Part shown: positions 33,568-45,432 of the stretch, piece by piece
How the letters are laid out: every line of letters starts with the position of its first letter
Position numbering within the stretch: position 1 is the first letter of the stretch
Source: Pelomyxa schiedti
Taxonomy: Eukaryota > Protista > Evosea
Direction: 5' to 3'
Assembly (NCBI GenBank): GCA_020536535.1
Contig: JAHLWZ010000178.1
Span: 1-45,432, forward strand
Length of the DNA stretch: 45,432 bases
Translations under genes and position numbers: made by a program
Notes under the pieces: generated by a model
Seen by the model: the letters and a program-made list of their open reading frames with translations, nothing else
The model's database searches: none
Told to the model about the DNA's origin: nothing

Positions 33568-34824
33568 ATGAGGCCTTCTGTCGAGCCTGACAGCGAAGCC
33601 CCGCCGGCGTCGCACGTGCTGTGGGCCCGCGAGCAGTCCCAGGCGCTGCTGCTCGGAGGTGCCGGCGGCCGCTGCTCCGCGAGCACGCCCCCCTCGCTGC
33701 TCCCCGCGCTGCCCCGCTTCCTCCTGGCGGACTGCATCCTGCGGCCCTGGGCCATGTCTGCGGCCGCGGCCCTCGTGGCGCGCCTGCACTACCTCGGGCC
33801 CACGACCCTGACCGCCTCCTCGCACGAGAGCTCCCACGAGGCCAGCTGCGTCGCGGCCCTCTCGTTCACCGGGGGGGTGCTGGCCGTGAGGCAGGTGCGC
33901 GTCTCGCGGTGCCTTTCCGACTGGCTCACGGGCCGCCTGCTCCTGGTCTCGAGCCGCGGGCCCATTGCGCCGCTGCTCGTGGTGGACTCGCTGGACGGGT
34001 CCCTGCCCCAGTCTTGGTGTGTGTGGCACTGCGGGTCTGGGTGTATCAGGCCCAGTGGCATTGTGTATAACAGAAGGTGGATTATAAAGAACGAGTCTAT
34101 ATCTCGCGGCATGCTGTGTATCTGGGATTTGCAGGGTGCTGATGAGCACCCTGCTGCTGCCACTTGTCTCACTTGTGCCCCGCCTGCTGCGGAATTCCGG
34201 GAGCAAATGCATGTTAACTGGAGGCTCTGCGTCCGTGTGGACACGAGCAGTGAGGGCGAAGTGGTGGAAGCTAATCTCCTGGATGACGAGGACGAAGCAG
34301 CACTGTTTGTTGTCAAAGACTATCCCAAGACGTCCGTTGTATTCGTTGACATCCGTGAATCCCATTCGACTGGAAAGCTCTGCGTCAAGTCACGACTCCG
34401 CGGCTGCAGGGGCGTTCAGAATCAAGTGCTGCACTCTGGCAAACACCCAGTGATGCTATCTGTTCTAATTCCACCGGATTCACACCCAAGATACATGCTG
34501 ATAGACGCCGAAACCGGTGTGCTTCTGCGCAAGTGCCAGTCATGGCCACACAAGGTGGACTCGCGGCACTTTGTCGAAGTCACACACCACAACAGCAGGC
34601 TTGAGGTGTTCTCAACAGAGGACCTTACGAAGCCGTGCCACGTGATTCGCAATGATACAAGGCTTGAATTCATGTGTGGCGGTGATGGACACATCGCGTT
34701 CCTGGAAGAGGACAATAGAATCGACGTTGTTGACGCTATCTCTGGCTCCCTGACTCTCAGCTTGTCTGTTCGCCCTGGATTTTGTGAGCATTCCTTCCGC
34801 TTTTATGTTGTTCCTGCTGCCTGA
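33568..34824 (+). CDS. Intronless lineage-specific paralog
   Basis: Long ORF. Shares LRKCQSxPHKVDSRHFxEV, LEVFSTEDLxKPCHVxRND and DGxIAFLxE with 34997-36322. Confidence 0.8.
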   Translation: MRPSVEPDSEAPPASHVLWAREQSQALLLGGAGGRCSASTPPSLLPALPRFLLADCILRPWAMSAAAALVARLHYLGPTTLTASSHESSHEASCVAALSFTGGVLAVRQVRVSRCLSDWLTGRLLLVSSRGPIAPLLVVDSLDGSLPQSWCVWHCGSGCIRPSGIVYNRRWIIKNESISRGMLCIWDLQGADEHPAAATCLTCAPPAAEFREQMHVNWRLCVRVDTSSEGEVVEANLLDDEDEAALFVVKDYPKTSVVFVDIRESHSTGKLCVKSRLRGCRGVQNQVLHSGKHPVMLSVLIPPDSHPRYMLIDAETGVLLRKCQSWPHKVDSRHFVEVTHHNSRLEVFSTEDLTKPCHVIRNDTRLEFMCGGDGHIAFLEEDNRIDVVDAISGSLTLSLSVRPGFCEHSFRFYVVPAA

Positions 34825-34996
34825 AATACAGTTTCTCCCACGACCCAGTGGCTAGTGAGATCCACTTAAGTTTTGTCTTGACTGGTCGTTTGATTTCTCA
34901 AAGAAAAGACACAAATATTGAGGTGGGCTATTACGAACGATGTAGTCACCCGAACCCGACGCCAATTTACCAAGCACCACCAATAGTAACACGACG

Positions 34997-36322
34997 ATGG
35001 CGATGTTGGTCTCGTTTAGACTGGATAGGTACTACCGCTGGCTGGGCCGGCGGCAGAGGCAGTGCCTGCCCACCGACCCCTTGATGCGCGCCCTCCCGGG
35101 CCTCCCGGCCGCCGACGCCCGCGTCTCGGCCCGCGGCCAGCTCCTCGCCCTGTGCGCCGGCGCCTCGGTCCCCCGCTGCGGCCGCGGCAGCCCCGCCCGC
35201 GGCCTCCCCGCCGCGGTCGTCGCCGACTCGATCGGGCGCCCCTGGGCCCTGTCCCTCGCCGCGGTCGTCGTCGCCAGCCTGCAGTACCCCGCGCACAACT
35301 GCACGCTGTGCTGGCTGGTCCCGCTGTCCCACACGTGGGGGCTGCTGGGGCCCCCCGCGGTCGTGCCCGCCAGCGCCTATTTCCTGAGCTGGATGTCCCC
35401 GCGCCTCGTGATGCTCTACAAGACGCAGAACCACGTGCTGGCCTACAGCAGCGGGGAGGGCGGCGCTTATGACCTGAAGACTGTGGGGACGCTCAACTCT
35501 GACATGGGAATGTACCTGGAGAACGGGTTCGTGTGCAACTGCAAGTGGGCGATCAGGGTTGAGGAGAGCAACTGCCTGCTGGCGATTTGGAAGCTGGACG
35601 TGGATTTCCCGCTCTCGGATAAGTTCCAGTTCCGCCTGGAATTCCGCGAAAGAAGCACCGGCGAGGTGAAGAAGGGTGTTCCCTGTACGAATGTGGACTC
35701 AAGGGCTATGGAGGAAGTAAACTGCAGGTTCCAGTGGGTTGACTTTACTGATGGTGGAGAGGATGAGGCGGCACTATGTGTGGCAAAGGGAAAAAAGGAG
35801 GGTTTTCTGCTGGTAATTGACATACTGAAAACTTATCAAACTGGAAGACTGTTCGTCAAGGAACGCTATCGCGGCTACAGGCGGCTCGAGAAGAAGATTC
35901 TTTGCTCATACAAGTATCCAGTCATAGTATCACTACCGCGTCCACCGGAAGGATCCCCATGCTACGAACTGAGAAGCCTCAAGCCACACAAGACACTGCG
36001 TAAGTGCCAGTCACAGCCACACAAGGTGGACTCACGGCACTTTATGGAAGTATCATCCAAAGACAGAACCTGGCTGGAAGTCTTCTCCACAGAGGACCTC
36101 CAGAAGCCGTGCCATGTGTTTCGCAATGACAGCTGGACTAGCTTTGTGTGCAGTGGTGATGGGTTCATTGCGTTCCTGGATGAGGAGCAAAGGATTGAGA
36201 TTGCTGACGCATTGTCTGGCACTGTGATTGTGAGCATCCCTGTTCCCCCTGATTACCAGGACGATACATTTCAATTTGGTACGGTGGCACACAAGGGTTC
36301 TGGCTTCCCTTTGAATAAATAA
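34997..36322 (+). CDS. Intronless lineage-specific paralog with VPRCGRGSPA motif
   Basis: 441-aa ORF, close paralog of 33568-34824. The true start may be a later ATG. Confidence 0.8.
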   Translation: MAMLVSFRLDRYYRWLGRRQRQCLPTDPLMRALPGLPAADARVSARGQLLALCAGASVPRCGRGSPARGLPAAVVADSIGRPWALSLAAVVVASLQYPAHNCTLCWLVPLSHTWGLLGPPAVVPASAYFLSWMSPRLVMLYKTQNHVLAYSSGEGGAYDLKTVGTLNSDMGMYLENGFVCNCKWAIRVEESNCLLAIWKLDVDFPLSDKFQFRLEFRERSTGEVKKGVPCTNVDSRAMEEVNCRFQWVDFTDGGEDEAALCVAKGKKEGFLLVIDILKTYQTGRLFVKERYRGYRRLEKKILCSYKYPVIVSLPRPPEGSPCYELRSLKPHKTLRKCQSQPHKVDSRHFMEVSSKDRTWLEVFSTEDLQKPCHVFRNDSWTSFVCSGDGFIAFLDEEQRIEIADALSGTVIVSIPVPPDYQDDTFQFGTVAHKGSGFPLNK

Positions 36323-36413
36323 ATTGAATAGAAAGTCTCTTTTGTTGGAAGATGGTTTTTCTGTTTCCGGCTTTTTTATTCGAGTCTACAGGAATACAGG
36401 TTCTTAGTTGTAG

Positions 36414-38016
36414 CTAAGTAGTAGAATGTCTTGAGCGGTGTGTTTGTTCTACTTTTTCCCATATAGCATCCAAGAATTTCTGTGGTTCCTTTGTGTTGGT
36501 TTTGTCGAAGTTAGCGTCTGGTTTTGGCTTAGGTGAGGATTGTACCACATTGGAGTCAGGGTATGACACATCACAAGCAGTACTGCTGAGTAGGTTTTCA
36601 TCACTTTGCACAATGATTTGAAAAATGTCAACGGAGTCTTGAAGTTGCAATGGGTGCGAGGGAATGTGTGGAAACCGCGGCTTCTCCGGCTCTGTTCTTT
36701 ATGCCGGTATTTGTTAATGTTTTCACAAGAGTGGACTACATACGATGAGAGGTAAAGTGGTGGCTTTTCCTTCTTTGTTCCCTTGGTTATCTATTCATAG
36801 TTTAAAAACTGTATGGTACATAACTGTGGGGAAATACCTGCTTTATGAATTGAGCAACAAGAGAGGAGTTGCAGGGTGCTGCTTTTGGTGGTTGCGGTGG
36901 TTGTGGTTCAAGTTTCGCTGTGTCCACTTGAGATCGAAATCTAACTTTTACAACTGCTTTGCCGCTGCTTTGAGATGGTATACTATTCAGAGGAGTGTTC
37001 ACGGAGGTATTTGGGGGTGTCTTTATAGTCGTTGGACTGTTTGGTTGTGCTGTTGGTTGCGCCATATCGCTGGGAAGTGTAGAAGTCCTCACGGTCGGGT
37101 CAGATGCAACAGTAAGTGAGGCTACAAGTGCCGCCTGAGCTGTTCGTCTTGTGCTGGCCCTGGTGTTGGGCTTTTTTGGTGGTTGAGAAGAGGTAGGGCT
37201 CGTTTTAGCAGTTCTGGGTCGCTTTGCAGTTGGTGGCTTAGGTAAAGTAGTGGTAGTATCTTGTGCAACAGGATATGACAAAGGTGACTGCGGTGAGAGG
37301 TCATTTGGAGAATCCGGATATGAAGTGTCATCATTGATTGGTGGTGAAGGCGAAGCAGTATCATTGCGGCCTAATTTAATCTGCAGCTGAGGAACAGTAG
37401 ACATTGACACGGGAATTGGTGGCTGTTCCTCTTTATCAAAATCGCCCATATCTTTGTACTGCTTTCGGCTGCTCCGTGTGGATGCTGATGTGGCGTTGGA
37501 TGTAGATATGGAATGCAGTAAAGGGTGCTGCAGTAGAGGTTGTGATGATTGCGTTACTGTCATTGATTGAGTAGGTGCCTGTGACTGAGAATGCTGTGTG
37601 GAAGTTGGAGTTGTTGTGGGAGCAGTAGGAGGAGACGAAGGAGGAGGTGAGTGTGGCTGCAGCGGCGGGGACCGTGTAGTAACTGTAACTGCAGGCCTGG
37701 TCTGCAACTTAGCCTGAAGGTCCATAACTGTGCGCAATAGCTATCTTCCACAAGCACAATTTATTGAATAAGCAATTCCAAAAAGAAATTTAATGCGATA
37801 TTTAATTTGTTTTGTGAAAGGAAAAACCCATAAAAAAAAAAGGAGGGCTTGGTTATTGACAAAGAAACAAAACGGTGGGGGAAGGGGGGCGTTTACCAGG
37901 TCATCATTGCTGTTCTGGTTCCTCTTCCTTTTAGGCTTCTTTTTACCTGCCACTACGGTGAGGGAAAAAAACCCAACACTAAGCCACACACTCGCCGACT
38001 TCCGTGAGTCCGACAT
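36414..38016 (-). CDS. Hypothetical S/P/T-rich protein with basic NLS-like N-terminus
   Basis: MSDSRKSA..KKKPKRKR, the 311-aa low-complexity ORF 36802-37737 and terminal ORF 36414-36650. Confidence 0.55.
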
Positions 38017-38323
38017 TTTTGTGGTACAACTTTGTGTTGATTGGCTCCCCCAGATCAGATCGGCCCAACAAACTGACAAGGAGGCTCCTGAGAGCAACAA
38101 CGTTGTACCGTGCGCTGTAACGGCGAAACTGGGAGGGAGGAGTAAGGAGTCTCTGATGAAGATACTGTAGTAACCCGAAGTTGATTCCTGTTGTGCGAAT
38201 GATGCCGCGCGGTGGTGCAACGGCGAATCGGGGTACTCCTGGTTCAACTAGTAGTGAATGTCAAAGGAACAGCGAAGCAGGCAGTGAACATGGTGGGGGA
38301 GGGGGAGGGGGAGCGCGGCGGAG

Positions 38324-41300
38324 ATGGTGTTGTGGGAAACGCGGCAGGCCGTTCTTTCGGTGGCTTTTTTCATTTGCAGTTGTGGGAGCCATCTCGTGCC
38401 ATTTGTGGTAACGCCAACTCCGTGCACGTTGTTGTTTGGTAATTGTGGGATGGGGCACCAAAGGTTCCTCAGTCGGGACCGCATCCCGAGAGAAGGCCCC
38501 ATTGATGTATTTTTGATTCCTCATTCACATTGTGACCCTGGGTGGATTTTCGCGTACGAGGTTTGTTTCCAAACTTTCCTTGGTTCCTGTTTTTTGTTTT
38601 TTTTTTTGTTCCCCCAGAAAAACCTCTTTTGTAACTTGGGATAGAGCAAGCAATATGTAACTAGTACTGGAAAGATTCTGGATTCAGTGTACCATTTTTT
38701 GAATAATTCCCATGACTCTCGATTTGTCTGGTCGGAAACGTGTGCACCCCTCCAATAATAAAAATAACGTTACAATTGTCTTTAGTTGTTACTTTGCAAT
38801 GTGGTATGATCGTCAGCCTGTCAATGTTCAGAATAGTATTAAAGAATTTGCCCACTCTGGTCGGTTGGAGTTTGTGGGAGGTGGATGGGTGCAAAGTGAT
38901 GAAACACTATCTACAACGCCCGCTATTGCTAATCAGGTGAATAAATAAGGCTTGTGCCTTCCATACATATTGATGCTTCACTTCAAGATGACACTTGGCC
39001 ACGACTACCTGTCATCGAGGTTAGGAGTGATCCCAAATGTGTCCTGGCAGGTATCTTAGCTTCTTCCTACATTGTTTGGTGAAACACAAAAAGATAGATG
39101 TTTTTGGACACACACAGGCAATGGGAAAACTCATGGCAAGTATGGGCTTCAACACAATAGTTCTTAACCGAGTACCTGTTACAACAAAGGTATCAAACAG
39201 AATTCTAACTATTTTAAACCTAAGAATAGAAAAGGAAGCTTTGGCTAGGGCTCGTGCACTAGAATTTCTATGGGAAACTGGTTCTGAAACTGCGATTTTG
39301 GCTCATATATTGCGTTACCCATATTTCGTACCATTGTGCCTGACATTGCTCTTAACTCTTTGCTAATTTGTTTCTAGTAAGCATATCATACACCAACCTA
39401 TTCCTATTGCTGTACAACGGGCAGCTAAACTTATCATTGTATTTATACTACCTTCAATTTATCTCTTAACTGTTCCTAGGATCTATCTCATTTATATCGG
39501 TCCAATAGCATTGCCATACCCTGGGGGGACGATTTTGCTTTTAGTACTTTTTTTTCCCCCTCCTCCTTCTTATAACTGTTCCCAGGTGATGCAGATCACT
39601 TGTCAAAATCCAAAAAAATCCTTGGTACACGAGTCCTTCCTTTTCACCCTAAAGAAAGAACTACCAACCAAAAACAAACAGATCAACTCAATATCCAATA
39701 TGCCAATCAGATCCATGCGCGATTTTCAACGGCCTCTGAGTACATATGTGGAAAGACTTCTTCCCAAATAGACCTGCCGCATTTGAACACTAGCTTTATG
39801 CCCTATGCAGATAACATAGGGGATTGGTGGACTGTAACTCCCTCTATTTTCGTCATTTTTTAACGTTTTTGAAGGGCTTCTTTACTTCAAGACCAAAGTT
39901 AAAGGGTCTTACTCGAAGTTCTGAAGCTCTCCTGCAAGCTACCGAAGTTTTCACGGTTTTATCAAATCGAAGTAAGATTCCATTCTGTGAAGTGTTCTGA
40001 GGAGTGTTAGGGCTGAATTCAGTTGAAATAGACAACTTGATGTTTGCAAGACAGGTTGTGCCTTTGTTTTTCTGCAAATTTAACTTAAGGGAAAGCAATC
40101 TGCACTTCTCACACACCACGATGCCATTACTGGAACAGCCAAACCTGGTGTCGTACATGACTATGAAAAAGTGTTCCACTATTTTGTTCACATATCTTGG
40201 TTACTCACCTCTAGTGCAGCGTCTCACACAAGCAGAAAAATTGCTAGCTCCCCTTCTCTTGGGGAGTGTCAGTGTCATTCTTGGAGTTAATGGTAATGAA
40301 AAACTGCATCTTTTCTCACCAGAAGAGATTATGAAGAATGGGGTTGGACTCAGTGTTCAGATGTCTTTTTATTCACAACTCACACAGAATTTCGAAGTTA
40401 GCGTTGCCAACTCTCTCATATGGGAAAGGAATGAAGTTGTATGCTTGAAGCTTCAACACTCTCTTAGTGCTTCCATTTTTGACATGGAAACAAACGAGCA
40501 AGTGCAGGCACAGGTTGTTCTTCATTTTTTCTCATTCCATTCATCTATACAAACAGCTGGTACCAGTCATCAAATCCAACCAGAAGGGCAATCTTTTGGT
40601 TGATAATAAAGAGCAAAAAATATGCTGGATGGTTGTTGTCCCCGGCCTTGGTTTTAGACAGTACCTTGTGCAGACATCCAATTCAGTTGTTCCTTTGACA
40701 TCTTCATCCTCCATCCATGAAGGTTTTCAACTGTCCCTTGTAACCGTTTCATCTTTTCCAGGCTGTGAGGCAATCGAGAACAGAAATCAGTTGGTGGAGT
40801 TTGACAATGATGGATATCTCTCGCGTGTACATTATCTTGATTCTGGGGAAATTCATCCCATTTCTCACAAAGTACACTGTAACTTGTGAGAACTACCACA
40901 CTCACTTACATAGTTTGTTTTATATCCGGGTGATGAAGGAGGGGCATATTTATTCACAGTCCGACTACACTGGTCTCGGAGATGGCTTGTTCAAGCGGCA
41001 ATTAACTTTGGTTTATGGGTGGTTCCAAGGTTGAAGGAAACATAGTTCTCAACAGTAACAGAAACACAGTTTTTCAAGTGAAAAAGGCATTCCTGTTGCT
41101 CCCTCAGTATTCGGACTCACCATTGGAACCTTATACTCAAGTTTGATCCTCACTCAGGCAATTTCGGAATATCATATTGGGTGAGCTAAAATATGGCCGT
41201 CTTTAGTAATTTACAACGTACCTCAGGGCTCGGCTCACCTATGCCATGCTTACTTTTGTTACTCTATGGCTGGTATCAAAGCTTGTATCATTACGTAAAC

Positions 41301-42694
41301 TTGTTCGAGTTTTTGAAGCTGCTCTATCGTTCCTACAGTTTTTCACATCCAGCGTTCTAATAACCACCATCTTCTTCATGACAGTTCTTCCGTCATTTCT
41401 TTCTTCAACGATTCACCACAACACTTCCACACTAACTATTAGTGGACCTGTTATTCAGTCAGTTTTCCAGGTACCCATATCACGACTTTTTTTTTGTCTA
41501 AAGGGAGTATTAGAGTGGTACACCCTACTTTGTTCAACAAGTGTCAGTTTTCAATATGTCAACTTCAACTCCATTCAGTCACATTACCGAATTGAGGCAG
41601 ACTGTTTGGGTAGAAGAAAGTGAACAAATATCTGTAAGGTAGGAGTTACCAAAAATTGGTCCTCTTTAACGTGTTTTCTATAAGATATTCAACATCAATT
41701 TCAAACCATGGAAGAATATGTACTGACCCACTTGGCACAAAGGAGCTCTCTTGTCATGATTACGATTTTAGTCGCATGTCATCTGGTAATGTCATGCCAT
41801 TAGTAACGACAGCTGTAATACCTGAGAGCAGTGGGCATGGAGATTTCTATGTCTTCCTTTCACAGGTATGTTCTCATTTTGCAACTCCACGATCAATCTC
41901 TGATTAAGAGTGCTGGTGTAGCATCTCTACAGTCAGGGCAAATGGAAATAATGCTACATCGGTATAATTTCATCCACCCTATCCTATTATTACTCACGAC
42001 ATCTTTTCCTTTTCTTTAGACGAACAATTAATGATGACGAGAAAGGTCTAAAAGGAAGCCTGGAAGATGACGATTCTAAGGTACTGCACTCTGATTATGA
42101 TTCCATTTTAAAAGGGAAAAGGTTTCCTATACTACACACATGGTATTTCACAAAGACCAAGACGGTGAAACCAAGAAAATGGCCCTCCAATTAAATCATC
42201 CTCTGCTAATATTTGTAAAAAGAAGTAGTATGTCTCCCTTTCCAATAGAAGACCTGACCGGTCTACTTTCAGCTAGCAGGCCTGCTGCTCTTCCTGTAGT
42301 TTCCTTTGTTCCAGAGAACTATCCAACAGGGTAACCTTCCCGTAAATAGGCAAAACGAATTTACCCCTGCAGTGTTCATTTGGACACTCTTCAGTGGCAC
42401 TTCAATTCTTCTGCACATAATGTTTTGCTGCGGCTACACCCGCTATCACACATGGCAGCAACATATTCTGTAGACACTAAGGCACTGTTGAAACCAGTGA
42501 CAAACCTCACTGCCCAGACAGAAATGTCCCTTTCCCTGTTGCACCCACGTAAGTACCTCCTTCCAACTCAAATTCCTAATTCCATTCACAACGCAGGTAG
42601 TGCAGCTACACCTCTTGGCCCCATTCAACTCACCCCTACTGATTACAAAACTTATCTAATAACCCAATCACCCATAGACTTGTCCACCCATTGA
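38324..42694 (+). CDS. Glycoside hydrolase family 38 alpha-mannosidase; many introns
   Basis: VFLIPHSHCDPGW, GRLEFVGGGWVQSDE, WQ|IDVFGH, WT|GFFTSRP, HHDAITGT, GAYLF, GQMEIMLHR|RTINDDEKG. Confidence 0.93.
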
Positions 42695-42801
42695 AAAAAA
42701 CCATTTTCAAGGACTGATGGTCAACCGAAAGAAAATGTGTTGATGTGTCATACCAGGGCACTGCACCATAAGTTATTTTTTTTAATTTATTTTTTTTGGT
42801 G

Positions 42802-44583
42802 TTATTCCAGGGTTACAATGTGTTCACCACAACAAGCAGAGAAAGCTACCCAGAGGTGTGATGGTAGTCCAGTGCAGAACACCCCCCTGTCAATGCCATT
42901 CACTGCGAACTGCATTGACCTCTGGTTCATGTCCACTGTCATCCTCACAACTGTCCCATCTGGTGTGTCATCATACCCATACATGTCAGCTTCTTGCAGC
43001 ACTTGACCACCATTGCGATAGCCTCGGTATCTATGGCACAGGTTGAACCCCCAGAACCCTTCCAAATTGAAAATGGAACAAGTTGGTGTCCCACGTGATA
43101 TGCATGATGGTCCCACCACACCAAAACATGGATTGCTACAGCCACTGCGCCTTTTGACAACCCTCAGGTTCACTGTGACAACACCACCCGTGATTGTTTG
43201 TGATGACCAAATAGCGCAATGGCGGTCACTCCCTTCTGTGCCTCTTGCAGTGCAGTTTGCATTACTGAGTTCCACCTTATATGCACTTGAGGGTTCCCAG
43301 GAAAAATGTGCTGCTCGTTGTAGGCGAGAGAGAGGAGAGGGGAGAGGGGGGGCTGAACACACATGTTAGCAGGTCAAAGAAAGAGGTTTACACACGAAAT
43401 GTACACTGCACTCTATTGATTTCCTCTTGCAATGCTGAAATTGCTCTTCTGTTCTGTGCACACTCTTCTACCACTCTCAATAAGGTCGCTTCGTTCTTGT
43501 CTGACACAACCCGTATTCTATAATCTTCCAGTTGCAACGCTAATATCTCTTCCTCCTTCTTTTTTAACACACTCTGTATTCTCTTGTTTTCTATGTGCAA
43601 TGCCACTATCTCCTCGTCTTTCTTAGTATTCTCTTCCTCTTGCTTTTTTAACACACCATGTATTCTATTGTTTTCTTCAATCAACATTGTCAACACAGGG
43701 TTCATTTGAACGAAGACACATGACGAAGTGTGACCCTGTGAGTTGCATCTTGGTCCAGACCACTTGCAGAACAGTGACACTGCGCACGTTACCAATTTCT
43801 TGGTGCATGTTGCATCATGTTCAGTCAATTTTTTGGGCTTCACTTTCTCACCACATCCATTTGGGCAACCTGCGGAACAAAATTCGTTCAGCACACTCTG
43901 CAAGCTTACTATTTGAAACACACCCACAGGGCAATCAAGTTTTTTGTGTGACAGGTCTTTCAACAGCCTCCTTTGAACGGATTCATTGCAAGAAACACAT
44001 GTGACCATCGTGTTCAAGCACTCATCTCTCTCGTGTGATGCTTGATTGCATGGAGGCACCTTCATTCCGCAATTTCTGGGACAATCTTTTGGAAAATGTT
44101 CCGCTTTAGTATTTGAGGAGAGTGGGAAAAAAAATACCAACAGGACACTGTGAAATGTGGGAATCAACAAGGAAGTCCCGCTTGAATTTAAAGTGGCACA
44201 CTGGACAGTGCACATCGATCAGTGACAACTTTGTGAGGACTGGTTTTACTGCAAGTGGTTTTGTTCTTCCTTGGAGTGGTTCATCACACATGGGACACAC
44301 TCCACTCTGTCAAGACACCATCGTAAGGAAAACAGACATTTCTTCACTCTGTGGGCACAAAAGAAGGCAGGTACAACTTTACCAATGCACAAGCATAGCA
44401 GCACCATCCCGTGCAGTCGTGCAGAACCGGAATGAACAAAGGCGCCTTGCACACGACACAAGTGCACCTTGGGTCCCACTGTGACTCGTCAGCGTACTTG
44501 AACCACGCCCCACTGTGTGCCTCCGCTACCACCGCGTCTTTCTCTTCGTCCCCCGCCGTGGTTGCCGTTGTTACCCCTGCCAT
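42802..44583 (-). CDS. RING, TRAF-type zinc fingers, coiled coil and SPRY/B30.2-like domain (putative E3 ligase)
   Basis: RING CVVC..PVLHDC..CYAC|..CPMC; TRAF fingers CPRNCG..H..C and CPNGCG..H..C; SPRY-like VVRMTVDMNQRSMQFAVNGIDRG..LP..LWVAFS. Confidence 0.85.
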
Positions 44584-45072
44584 TCTTGGTAGTTCCACTT
44601 GGTTTTTTTTTTTTTTGGTTTTATGCGTAAGGCGACTACTGTTTTCGTTGTTCCATACATATCTGGAGGGCAGGGGTGGTCATTTTACATAGAGGAAAAA
44701 CCACATGATGTAATTTAGGGTGGTCACCTATCATTGGACACTGTGGATCCTGCAGTCAAAAACTCCATCCAGAGGTCCCACAGAGTGTTAAACAGGTTAA
44801 AAAAGTGTTTCCCCCCATTTTCCAGCCGTCGGTGCGCAGGACAAGGCACCCAGACCCATCAGTTCTCAGAAAAAACGATCTCGGCTGTGCGGCGAGACAC
44901 GTCGGGGCAGTGGACGACGGATGGGTTTCCATCCACGAGGTGGTGTCCCGGCCTGTGGGGAGGGGGGGCCGAGGAGGGGGGGGGCGGGGTGCAGAGCGCT
45001 GGGCGTGGGCCGTGGTGCGTGGTGCGGTGCGTGGGCCGTGGGGTGCAGGGTGCAGGGCGGCTTCTGCCAACA

Positions 45073-45205
45073 GTATATTTATTTGTTTATCTATCTATTT
45101 TATTTAAATAAAATTAAATACATTTAATTAATTTTATACCGTTTAATTATATTTATTTATTTTGTTTTTTATTTTATTTTATTTAGTTACTTATTTTCTT
45201 TTTAG
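45073..45205. other. Very AT-rich low-complexity tract next to a GC-rich tract (about 44950-45060)
   Basis: TTTA-type repeats after GGGTGCAG/GGGCCGTGG repeats. Confidence 0.6.
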
Positions 45206-45432
45206 TTGTATTGTTATACAATGCAATGGACACAGTGGTATGTTTCCGTTTGTGTTAAGTCTTCCTCTCTCCCACTAGGGCCGTCCATGGTTGTCACACT
45301 TCAATGGATGGCTCAAGCCGGAACCTGTGTGTATGTTTTGTCTTCTCTGTTTTTATTTTTCGATTTCTCACCCCAAAAACCAGGTGGTGTTGTGGGTATC
45401 ATGGAAGCATCGCCGGCCTTCTGATCTCCAGC

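Overview
Gene-dense eukaryotic DNA with many very short (about 30-80 nt) spliceosomal introns, so most genes are split across several ORFs. Intron style and gene families suggest an amoebozoan protist, possibly a Pelomyxa-like archamoeba (inference). Recognisable genes: GCNA/SprT-type metalloprotease, RNase T2, RING-B-box (TRIM-like) protein with a Gly-rich tail, Sm-E, cathepsin B, an FHA/RS protein, a calmodulin/myosin-light-chain-like protein, a VIT-vWA protein, a GH38 alpha-mannosidase and a RING-TRAF-SPRY protein. Two identical tRNA-Arg(CCG) genes sit as an inverted pair. The first 8 kb is repeat-rich: palindromic ATCACCGCC elements, a 0.67-kb duplication and a 100-N gap. The top candidate for novelty is the VIT-vWA gene (28967-32123), which carries a complete eIF5A-like module with an intact hypusination loop (STSKTGKHGHAK) in the same open frame as the vWA region. 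Secondary candidates are a shared RCGxxSPA motif in five lineage-specific proteins and a Cys-containing putative DNA-binding domain in two genes flanking the tRNA pair. Exon boundaries were read by eye and some start codons are uncertain.
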